This document shows, in pieces, positions 53,060 through 64,000 of a stretch of 64,000 nt of DNA (its first letter is position 1; every line of letters starts with the position of its first letter). A program made the translations under genes and the position numbers. Source of the stretch: Nemertoderma westbladi (lineage: Eukaryota > Animalia > Xenacoelomorpha); assembly GCA_032718475.1 (NCBI GenBank), contig JAUCBJ010001188.1, forward strand, positions 12,912 through 76,911. Reading direction: 5' to 3'. The notes beneath the pieces were generated by a model, which made no database searches, was not told where the DNA came from, and worked only from the letters and a program-made list of their open reading frames with translations.

Positions 53060-56000
53060 TTACGTATAAAGAGTCGTTTCCTCTTCTTTGCGGGCGTCTG
53101 GGGCGCAGGTAATGCTAGGTCGTCGCTCGAAAGCGTTTCCTCGACCTGGTTGTATATCTACTGCGTCAGGCGTCGGCGAACTCTGGCGATCGGTATACAT
53201 TCCGGTAGAGGTGCCGGGTAAGGACAGGAACATAGCCGGTTTCATTGCGCACGAGTCAACAGCCGGTCGACGGATCTCCGGCTCCAGAGGAGCGACTAAG
53301 CGCTTCCGCACAGCGGTCTGCACTGGTCCGGAGGGGACGGTATGGGTAGCGATACCAAACGGGGACTGCTGGCCGAGGAAAATTTTCGGAGGCGCAGCAT
53401 GTGGAACCGGTCCTTCACAATGAACGTGTTCACGGAAGACTCGATGCTGTGGGAGAAGCTTGGGATATCTCTCTAGGAAGTGGGAAACGTAGAAAGGGGA
53501 GTCTTTAATGAATTTTATTATATCGTAGGACATCATGTGCTCCAGATGTATTTCACGGAGAAAACATCGGACGAAACGGGTATTGGTGCAGGAAGCTACA
53601 CAGTTAAGGAGTTCGTAGCTCGGGAGCCAAGCACGTCGGACGTCGGTGGTGCAGATAAAGGGGGCAACTGCGTACACTCCGAGATGAGCTTTCGCTGCGG
53701 CGTATAGGGACATAGTGATCGCGTTGAGGTCTGCGCATCCTTTCCATGACTGGATGTATCGTGTAACGCTTGTCTCGTCTTCTATTTCTATGTCATGGCC
53801 AAAGGGGCAGTTTGAACTACTGTGTCCCTTAAATTGACAATGCTCGCACTGTGTGGCAAAGACTGTATACGAGAAAAAGATATGATCGTTACTAATACGG
53901 CACTATGGACAATGGAGTTTAATGTTACTGTCAGTGAGACGCTCACAAAGAACTCCAGGTTAGGTAGGAGTCATGTGCGTGCGGAGAAAGCAGTGCGCAC
54001 AGCAGATATGTTTTCGGAATAACGCGTAACAAAAACCTCGGACGGTGAGCCATTCAGTCCCGCGATACCAGTCTATCAGGGCAGATATGTTTTCGGAACG
54101 ACGCGTAACGAAAACCTCAGACAGTGAGCCATTCAGTCCCGCGATACCAGTCTAACAGGGCGGACTCGTTATCGGGCATGGACAGTTACTGTAGGTAGTT
54201 ACAGTGGTAGTTACTGAGGTCACTTCTAAATGGATTGGCTCTTCCGTTTGGTCTGGGGCGTTCATAATATTTATCTGTATTTGGCCAACCGAGAAGCCAG
54301 GTTTGATGATGGGTCTCTCGATCACCGATGGGTGTAGGTTTGAAATGCACACGTCCCAGAATATGGCAAAGCCACCGCTGGCTAGCTCATCTATGGCGGA
54401 ACGACGTAACTCTCGTTGAGACAACGACATTACGCAGAACTGACTGTCGATGTTAGCAAAAGGGGTCAGGAAACGTTGAAAGCATTCGAAGTGCAAAAAT
54501 TTACCGAGTTCATTGAGTTTGGCGAGTTGGGTTCCTAATAACAACGGGTGCGCTCTCAACGTACGGCTACAGACATCTGCAAGCCATCCGGATAACGCTT
54601 GGTTTTTGAATATGAGTTACATCGCCAATGAGGGGCGCAAAGGGACTCTCATGGATCTATATACGGCACCGGGAGCGGTGAGTGGTCCCTGAAAGTAATA
54701 GGATGAATATGCGTCACCATAAACTTGGGAATGCGTCTCGCGATCGGTCTCTTTGAAGTTCCAACCATACTCCTGAAACGCGATATGGCCAGAGGATATG
54801 CGGTCAACTCGGTTATACGTATCGTTAGCGTTGCGTCGATACATAACTCGGAAGAAGCCGCGAGATTGCGCCCAAGGAAGGATAACTTGAGTGTCGACGA
54901 AGGGATATGGTATATCGTTGACAACAGGGAAATCATCCGTTAAGTCCAGATATATGGCTGAACCGAGTTTGTAGATGGATTCGTCTAACAGAATGTCGAA
55001 CACGGATTGCGGTAACAAAGCGGCGTCTATTCCCATGGCCGGGTGTCGGTTCGTGTCATTGACATAAGCCTCCACTTTAACAAATTATTCATGTCTCGCA
55101 CGGCGTTGATAAGCGGTCAAGGCCTGGAAAACGCTATCGGTACCACGGCAAGTATGCGTAAAAACATGTGTAGCTCCAGTGAGACCGCGTATGTGAATTA
55201 ACCGAGTTGAACCGAGCTCGTGGTCTGGCACCGAGCCTTCATTACCATATATCATAACACCTTAGCTGTGTATAACGTTGACTGTATGTGACCATTCAGA
55301 GTTAGCTACTTCAGTGGTCAGTTCTACTGGTTTCCATAGAGTATCTAACGAACCGGGTTCTCCACGCGCTATCCTTATGGATTCATAACTGGGCAGCTCA
55401 TGAGCGTTTACATAGGGTTCGATATATTTCAGGTCATCCTCCAGAAAAGTTACGTCCAAATTCCAGTATACTAGGCGACGGTAATCCATAAATGCCTTTA
55501 AGTTAAAGGGTGGACGTGGACTTGCTTCTATTGTTATTATATTATAGGGTTTTTTAAATGAGTTTAGTTTTACCAAAGAGTCTAAATGTTGATGTAAAGC
55601 TTCTAATTCCACGAGGTCTAAAGGATTCACTAGTGGTAGAAATCGCATATCCCGTCCAGGGTGCTTGGGTTGTATTACGTAATGTTGTTTAAGCATTACG
55701 AATCGAGGATGGTCTTTGATCCCATAGAAAGGATAGTGCAGAGTGCGACGCGATACGTTTATTCCGTGGACCTTTTCCCAAATTACATCGGCTCGAGTGT
55801 GAGAAGGGGGAACTAATTCGCCATTCACACGAAATGGTTCCAAAGGTAGGCGTTTTTAATATGGGAATGTCAGCGATAGCACAAGTGGTTTCCACGGGTT
55901 CGCCGAAGATACATGGCTGCTTGGGGCCGAAAACCTTGTGCTGCATGGAAGGGTGGACGTAGCGTTTAGGCTGAAAGCCTTCCATCAAGGATTGAACGTA

Positions 56001-57433
56001 AGGTTGGCGGTAGATGGTAAGGTCAGCATCCTCCAATGCTATCGCTTCTTCTTCACGCCGTTCTTTCTCATTAGCTTCGGCTTGGAGATTAGAGAGGAAA
56101 TCCGAGAAGGATTGTAAGTCTCCTTCGGCGATGCGGGCTCTTAGTGTATTGATTTCTGGTTGAAACGCGGTGTTATCCATAGCTTCCAATAAAGCGAGTT
56201 CCGTTAATAAGGTACCGGATGGAGTCGTAGACAAGTGCGCATGAATGCCGGCAAGGCTGGACAACATTAATAACTGGGTGGTTTCATCGCGAGGGAGTAT
56301 GACTACACCTGGTGTCAACCATTCACCTGGCGTTACGGCCCTGGGTGTCCCAAATCCTCTTCCGAGTCCGGGTGGGACCAGGGTAGCTATCACCGGTTCC
56401 TCTCAGGGAATCGGCTGTTCCGGTAGAACCCTTATCTAAATATTCGGAATAGTCCTCGTCTAAGGGGCCGAAATCCTGGGGGAGAACTGGAGACGGTTGA
56501 ACTTTGGGAGCTGGAGGTCGCACCGAGAATCGTAAGACGTCAACGGGTAAACGCTCCATTCTACGTAATTTCTTCAAAGCTCATTCATCAACACCGAATA
56601 AATCGCGCTCATATCCTCCGTACATGAAACGCGTATAGCTATGTTTAGGGCAACGTTCACGTGGGTGATTGACCAGTTGGCCCCATCGCGCATGATCGTT
56701 ATGGTTTACTTATTGGTTAGGATGTGGAAAATCGTCGCAGTAATACCATAATTTAAAGTCCTGGCGACTCACGTGCGGGGATCGGGAACCGGTTTTACAA
56801 TATTCTTCCATAGCGTCGAAACGATCCGGCAACACGGGTAAAGGTCTAGCTGCAGTCAAGTACATCATTGTATGATATAAGCGCTTGAGTTCTGCTATCG
56901 GATCGGGATGAATACCTTTAGGATAATGAGTTTGTTGAGTTTGGGCTGCCACTACATTTAAATAAGTTTCTCGGAGGAACGTAATTAAGTCCTCGAATCT
57001 GGCCGCATTTTTTCTGCATCTGGCGTCACTAGTTTCCGCATTGTTCACCGACATGGTGTCCCGGATGGCGTCTTCCTTATCCATCTGGGCGGTATCCTCC
57101 CATTGTCTCTGTACATGATAACGCCACATTTATGATAACGCCCATGTCTTGTCACTCATGAACGTCTTCTGAGTATATAAGGTCGCTCGGATGTCTAGAT
57201 ATAACAAACGGTTTATATGATCCATCGATATTAGTGTACCTGTCCATGAAAGTGTAATAGTGAAGTCGCTCTGATATCTCTACCGGGGACTTTAGTGGTT
57301 CCGTATACTGTTGCGGTGCTCCGGGTGTCAACAAATCCTCCATCATCTCTCGCATACCTCAGTGATATTCCTCTGAAAGTTGCTGTCGCTGCATATTGAT
57401 ATTATCCATTGAATCATCCTTGGATGTATCCAT
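53060..57433 (-). pseudogene. About 4.4 kb of disrupted accessory coding sequence of unknown function
   Basis: A chain of same-strand ORFs linked by single stops or frameshifts, starting MDTSKDDSMD at 57433; higher GC than the flanks. Confidence 0.55.
54002..54160. repeat. 79-bp tandem duplication
   Basis: gcagatatgttttcggaa...cgcgataccagtcta at 54002 and 54081. Confidence 0.85.
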
Positions 57434-58152
57434 TATGGTTATTGTAAGAAGCAAATATACTATCAATCCAACAAAGGCAAACCAATGAGTTGATAATTGT
57501 TATGGTTGTTAGAGTTTATACGGGGTCGGCAATGGCAAGCCACCCTCTATCCCCAGCCCGACATGGACCCGAGCTGCCCCTGGCCACATTAGCGCTGCTA
57601 CGTTTATTCCCTATCCAACAGGCGTGGAAGAACGGGCGGAAGACACAACGGCTAACGCGCAGAAAAGCTCGAGGCTGGTCTTATCTGAGGGCTATTCATC
57701 GGGGTATATCTAGTATCGTAGTGCAATTGCAATTAGTCTGCAATAGGGTTTAGGTTCGCTACAGTAAACACACGTAGAGTAGTTGTTATTCATACTGTCA
57801 TGCAAACTAACATACACAATATCACAATACGCACGAATGTTTGTCACAAACCTACTATTTCCCGAATGTTGATATTAGTTTCCATGGATACTCATTAAAT
57901 TAATTTAAAGGTATTAAATTTAGTAAATACAATAAAACTCTAGAACTTTAAATAAAGGGTTGTATTGTCGTATTAATGTCGTGATTAAAGGGTTGGTGGT
58001 AATAAACCATTAATAATTAATGAATATAGATTTACGCGATCTAGTGACTTAAACTAAGTTTACTCATCCCTTGGGAGAGAGCCACAAAGTGGACCGCAAC
58101 CATTCCCGTAAAGTTTATTATTACAGTGACTTGAACGGATTTATATGGATGT

Positions 58153-59492
58153 CTCGACTGTCTCGATGGGTCAACTAAAGCCTCTCCCCAAGAAAGGAGA
58201 CCTTGGCATACCAACAAACTATCGTGGGATCTGTCTGCTTGTGGTAGCTGCCAAAATATACAATAAAATTATTCTATATAGGATTAGGCCTCACATAGAG
58301 AAACTACTGCGTAAGAGCCAAAACGGATTTCGACCAAGTAGATCAACAATAGCTCAGATACTTGCACTACGGAGACTGATTGAAGGAATTAAGTCAAAGA
58401 ATCTCCCCGCAGTCATGACTTTTGCGGACTTCACGAAGGCATTCGACTCCATCTATAGAGGTAAAATGCTTGAAATTCTAAGAGCTTATGGAATACCAGA
58501 AGTAATTGTTGCTGGCATTGGATTGTTATATTGTGACACAGAAGCGCAGGTACCCTCACCAGATGGTGAAACTGAGTATTTCTCAATCCTGGCTGGCGTA
58601 TTGCAAGGTGACACATTAGCACCATTACTATTTGTAATTGTGCTCGATTACGCAATGAGGACGGCCACAAAGGGTGAAGATCTGGGATTCACACTTCCAG
58701 AACGCAGAAGTAGTAGATATCCGGCAACTACAGTCACAGACACCGACTTTGCGGATGACATCGCAAGGGCTCTCTAATACGCTAGCAGATGCACAGCTTC
58801 TACTAAATAAAGTGGAGAGGGCTGCTATGGAGGTTGGATTGCATATAAATGCTACCAAGACGGAATTCATGACCTTTAATGTTGATGGAAACTTGACAAC
58901 CATTGATAATAATCAACTAAGGAAGGTAGATGACTTCCAGTACCTTGGATCATGAATAGAGAGTAGCAAAAAGGACATAGAAGTTAGGAAAGCAAAGGCT
59001 TGGGTAGCTCTATCAAAAATGGATACCATCTGGAAATCAGATCTCTCCAGGCACCTGAAGACTAAGTTCTTTCGAGCCACAGTGGAAAGTGTATTTTTAT
59101 ATGGGGGTGAGACCTGGACACTGACTAAATCACTTGAACAACGAATTGATGGTTGCTACACAAGACTACTAAGGGCAGCCCTAAACATCAGCTGGAGACA
59201 ACACATGACAAACGCCGAGCTTTATGGTACAATACCACCTGTATCAACCACCCTCAGATTACGATTCAGTGGGCACTGCTGGCGAAGTAAAGATGAGGTC
59301 ATACCAGATCTACTTCTCTGGCAACCAACTCATGGAAAGCGTAGTCGTGGACGAGCGGCCATAACATACATAGATCAACTTGAAAGGGATACTGAACTTG
59401 GGAGAAACGAAATTGCGACAACTATAGAGAATCGGGAAGCCTGGAAGGATCTTATTTCCACTGTCCGAGTTCGCTCGACCTAGTAGTAGTAG
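58153..59492 (+). mobile_element. 5'-truncated RTE-clade LINE
   Basis: 11-bp TSD TATATGGATGT (58142-58152 and 59493-59503) and (TAG)4 tail. RT motifs NYRGICL, QNGFR, DFTKAFDS, GVLQGD, FADD, FQYLGS, LYGGETW and GKRSRGR. Confidence 0.93.
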
Positions 59493-59999
59493 TATATGGA
59501 TGTGGTATTGTATTAATCAATACCGAGCTATGTTTCAAGCCAACTAATAATTGACATTCTCTTACTGTAATTAGTACCACTTACGTAGCATCTCTTACTG
59601 AGTAGTAATTAAGACTCGGCATTCAAGTGTTATTGGGCCATCATAATACACTAAGACCAAGGTTTGTTATTGTCATGCGCCATGTTTAATAATGACTTAT
59701 CATGACTATTGTAGTTTATTATAATTTTATTTGTTACTCCCTTTGTACTCGGGTTAAACAAGAAGTGGTGGGCCGTCTCCAGAATTTACCCAGAGTTTGG
59801 TTTAACCGTAATAAAGGATATGGATTCTGCATTCAATTGTATTATCACCGTTATCATACAGTTATGAAGGGTTTTGGTTGGCTGCGCGTCATGTTTAATA
59901 ATGACTTATGGCAACATGTTGTTGAAGTTGGGTTTAGGTTTAATGCGTCGTGTGTATAACGGCTTATAATGAACCTCCTTCTTTATAATATTCTAGAAT

Positions 60000-60175
60000 G
60001 TTCTAGAACTGAGATCAAGTTTCATGCACTGTGTATAGAACAGTTTATCATGAAACATCCCACAGTCCTATTGTTTATGTTATTTTACTCATAGTTGTTC
60101 TAGAATTAAGATCAAGTTTCATGCACCGTGTATAAAACGATTTATCATGAAACATCCCATAGTCCTATTGTTTTG
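60000..60175. repeat. Tandem duplication, period about 97 bp
   Basis: gttctagaa..agatcaagtttcatgcac..tgta...tttatcatgaaacatccca.agtcctattgttt occurs twice. Confidence 0.8.
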
Positions 60176-60330
60176 GGGACGGAAGCGACATAGGGATAAA
60201 TCATGTTAGCCTGTCAAGCTGAATATATGGCATATATTTTGAAAAAATGGGTCAGTGGTTAACGACACATAACCCGTTCCCACGCTTGAGTGTGATATGC
60301 AGCGCACTCAAACATTCCTAGCGAGTTAAC

Positions 60331-62375
60331 TTAGCCTAGCAAGTTGACTTCTTGTTTTCCGTAGTTGCCAGACTCTTCGCGTGCCATTTCTAGTAGGCAG
60401 AGGCGGCCTATGGAACGGTTGAGTCTCTGGGGAACGAAGTTTAGCTTGCCCTTTTCCCTGAGCACTACCAGATCCACTGATCTCACTAGGCCATCTGCGC
60501 TGACGTGTGTCTCTACGATGCGTGCTGTCTGCCAATATTTACGGGGAAGATCGGGATCCACCACTAATACCATATCCCCCACTCTAGCATTGTCCTTTAC
60601 GGAAAAGCATTTGTTTCTAAGTTGTACACTGGGGAGATAAAAGCGCTCAAAGTGGTTCGCGAATCGGCTTGACAGAAGTTGAGTCATCTTCTAAGTCTGT
60701 CGCAATAACTCGTCATCGTCCTCGGGCGCCGAGACTGGTAACAATACTACTTTCTTTTTCATAAGAAAGTGGGCTGGTGTGAGGGCCTCTAGCACTTTGG
60801 GGCTGGTCAAAACTGGCATGAGGGGTCGACTATTCTAGTAGGCAGTCACTTCCTCTAGGATAGTACGGAATATCTCGTCTGTTAGGTATGCTTTGCATGG
60901 TAGTATATGATGGAAAGCTACCTTCACGCTACGAATTAATCTTTCCCAGCTCCCGCCCCACCAGGGTGCATTAGTGGCGTTAAAGGTCCAGCTGGAAGTG
61001 GATACCTTCAACAGTTCGTCCACTCGATCCTGGTTCCACTCTTCTATAGAGCGTGCTATCTCGTTGTTTGCTCCTATAAAGTTCGTTCCCTTGTCGGACT
61101 TCATTGTATTGCTGGTGCCGTATCGACTGATTTGCCTACGTAAGCACAGGATAAAGCTGTTCATAGAGATATCATTAACCATGTCTAGCTGTACGGCGCG
61201 GCAAGTCATGCAGACAAAGATAACGCACCATTTTTTTTTACCATGGTTCGGGCCCTCTTAACTTCTATTGGTCCAAATAGGTCTACACCTGTACGTGTAA
61301 AGGGGGGCTCGTAACAGCTAACGCGTTCCTTTGGTAAGGGTGCTTCTAACTGAGTCATAGGCTGGCAATACAGTTTCCTACAGGGTAAACAGCTACGCAG
61401 AACTTTATTTAAGGCTTTCCTGGGCTTTACAAAATAGTACCTAGTGCGTATTTCACTAAGTATATGTTCCATCCCCGCGTGCAACATTGTGCATGTCCTG
61501 TATTATCTTGCATTGAATGACGGGATCGTAGATAATACTAGGGAATATCGTGTCGCGGGAAAGGGGGGTGTTGGTAAGTCGACCTCCCACTCTGATTAGG
61601 CCATCGAACATTATGCTAGAAAATTTATCGTTCGACTGCAAGGCGGGGTGTTTCAGGTGAAATTCGTATGTTGGAGCCCTTTCTTGTATTTGAGATAGTC
61701 GGAGTAGCTGCCTGTTAGTATAGTCTACTTCGTGCTCCAACAATTTGCCTTGTGTAAACTTGCGCTTATTACAGCGGTAGTACACATAATGCTTTAGTAT
61801 TGTAACGGCACGGCAAAGTTTGTGCCAGGAACTGTAATGATCCATGGCTTTACTAATGAGCGGTGAAAGGCCGCCAGCTAGGTCTGGGACTGAGAGGGTA
61901 ATAATCTGGGGTGCCCTGTTGGATCACATCCTCACGTACATGCAGTGAAGATATGTCGATATTCTTGAATAGTTTTGATTTGGATGCTTTGTTCTTAGAC
62001 TTAGCGATTTCCGCGCCCTTCACTTGTTGCCTTATCTCTGCAGGCGTTAAATTTGGGGGCCAACTATTCTCGGGGCCCTGCAAAAAGGCAGGTCCCTGTA
62101 ACCTACACTTAGTATCTATCAGTTCCTGGGGGGTGGCACCGCGAGACGCAATGTCGGCGGGATTTAACAATCCTGGACAGTGTCTCCACTGGTCAACATT
62201 TGTGTCCTTTAGTATCCGTGCCACATGGTTTGTCACATATACACTGAACTGGCATGTCGTGTTGGTCAGATACTCTAAAACCAGTGCAGCGTCTGTCCAG
62301 TAAACTGTTCTTACTACCTCATAGTCTGTCTGCGCTAACACGTTCTTGGCGATGATAGTAGCATATACAGCTGCA
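60331..62375 (-). pseudogene. pol: BEL/Pao pol remnant (RNase H C-terminal part and integrase)
   Basis: NAAV, YWTDA, WRHCPGLLNPADIASRG, YSSWHKLCR, LHAG..CLPC, TGVDLFGP, SDKGTNFIG, GGSWERLIRSVK and DGLVRSV. Confidence 0.92.
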
Positions 62376-62379
62376 TTAA

Positions 62380-64000
62380 CCCTATTAAACTCGGGGGGGG
62401 GGGGGGGTCAATATGACCCCCCCGTGGTTTTTTTATTATAATTCTGAAACAAACGCAGTTGGGAATCTAAAATTTTATGACTTTTCCTAAAAATCTATTG
62501 TCTTCCTAATAATGAAAACCGTTTTCAAAAATATTGGGTAGTTTTCGAGTTATAGCACCATTTTTTAACCATACTTTTGACACTTTTTTTTGAGACGTTT
62601 TTTGAAAATTACATTTCATTAAATATGAATTGTAACATCTCTATTTTTGATTTACACCGGTTTTTTGGTGTTAGCAATTGGATAGAATTCATATAAATCG
62701 ATTTAGAAATTTCGAACTTGTTTTTTTCGGTGGGTGCCAAATTTTGGTGCCATCACCAAATTTTGAAATATGTCAATTTTGTAAATTGATTGTTTGAAAC
62801 TTGTTTTTTACGCAATTGGGGTTTTTTGGGGTTCTGGTTTCGATGGAATATATACGAGTTGCACCAAGCGTATCAAACTTGTATTTTTCGGTGCTGTGTG
62901 CAAATTTTGGTGCTAGCACGAAATTTTGAAAATCCATTTAATAGATAAAATTGCTTGTGACAATTTATTTCTTGCGTTTTAGAGGTTTATGGCTGTTCTG
63001 CATTCAATGGAATATATAATTATCGAACTAGACACCTCAAACTTGTATTTTTCGGAAGTGGGTGCAAAATGTGGTGCTAGCACCAAATTTTGAAAACCAT
63101 CAAATATATCAATTTATTGTGTCACCTTGTTTCTTGCGTTATACGGGATTGTGAGGGTTCTGAATTCAATGGAACCAGTTAAAATTTCATAAGAGTTTTC
63201 AAACTTGTATTTTTCGCCGGTGGGTGAAAATTGTTGTGCCAGCACCAAATTTTGGAAAATAAGCAAATTGATCAGTAGATAGAATCATCTTGTTTCTTGC
63301 GTTATACGGGTTTATGAGGGTCCTGAATCCGATGGAATCAATAAAACAGCACTGGACATCGTAAATTTATACTTTTTGGCGATGGGTGCGAAATTTGGTG
63401 CTAGCACCAAAATTTTCCAAATTACGCCGAAAAATACACGTAGCAATGATCTGGCATATTAGAAACGTATTCCATTAGAATCAGCGCCCTAGAAAACCTG
63501 AAAATGTGAATTTATAGCATCGTATAAGTGAATTAAAAATTTTGTGTTCTAACTGAAAAGTGCTGGTTACTGGTTTTTTTCATTTTTTTCCTTCTCAGAG
63601 AGGACTAAACAGCCATTTATAGTAATCATATCATTTTTAAATATTTTCCAATGTATTTTGCGCCCCAGAAAACCTGTATTGAAAAACAATTAGCCGAAAA
63701 TAGTAACCTTCAAATTTTGTGAATATTGTGCACTGGGCAATTCCACCATTGATGTAACACTTACGTCGAAAATAAAAAGTCATCTAATCGGCATAATTTT
63801 GGTATCAAAATGACGGGAAAGTATTAAATTTTTAATAAAAGTGACGGGTTTTTAATATTCTTGAGGGTAACAACTGGTTTTTCATTATTCAATATGATTA
63901 AATTTTTTTAAGTATAGGAGTTTCAACTTCACTAGCAGTATAGATGCGTGTAGGCTCCACACCTTGCGCATGTAATACTTCAGACCTAACGGGTTGACAC
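62380..64000. mobile_element. piggyBac-like DNA transposon end inserted at TTAA in the BEL RNase H; other end not in window
   Basis: BEL homology stops at TTAA 62376-62379, followed by CCCT and a subterminal palindrome GGGGGGTCAATATGACCCCCC. No transposase is visible. Confidence 0.6.
62640..63425. repeat. Diverged tandem repeat of about 162 bp, about 5 copies
   Basis: aaacttgtatttttcg...ggtgctagcaccaaatttt recurs at about 62714, 62875, 63039, 63201 and 63363. Confidence 0.8.

Larger units (their letters stand above)
53060..62375 (-). mobile_element. Second, decayed BEL/Pao element (3' portion); LTR boundary not resolved
   Basis: RNase H and integrase remnants at 60331-62375 are followed on the same strand by long accessory ORF remnants. 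Interrupted by RTE and piggyBac-like insertions. Confidence 0.7.

Overview
AT-rich eukaryotic DNA, probably from an invertebrate animal (species not determinable), made almost entirely of nested mobile elements; I recognise no host gene. (1) A Polinton/Maverick (adintovirus-like) element spans 2390-34656. It has AGTAGT...ACTACT ends, TIRs of about 625 and 735 bp and a 5/6-matching 6-bp TSD. It encodes a packaging ATPase, integrase, two pentons, a core-like protein, major capsid, adenain protease and pPolB, plus RING, DEDD-like, TBP-like and PC4-like accessory genes; several genes are disabled. (2) Inside it sits a young BEL/Pao LTR element (5430-20051, TSD ACGGC). It has 1.92-kb TA...TA LTRs, Gag, protease and integrase but no RT/RNase H, and an accessory zinc-knuckle/RG ORF. 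It lacks a tRNA primer site; instead the 11 nt abutting the 5' LTR are complementary to a site inside its own LTR, suggesting Tf1-like self-priming. It also carries eight copies of a 17-nt motif with a self-complementary core. (3) A CR1/L2-group LINE with an esterase ORF1 and a 2A-like motif is inserted in a 31-bp palindromic minisatellite. (4) The rest comprises an internally deleted CsRN1-like Gypsy, a decayed hAT-like transposase, and a second decayed BEL/Pao element with about 4.4 kb of unknown accessory coding DNA, itself hit by an RTE LINE and a piggyBac-like element. All calls come from reading motifs by eye; no database search was run.
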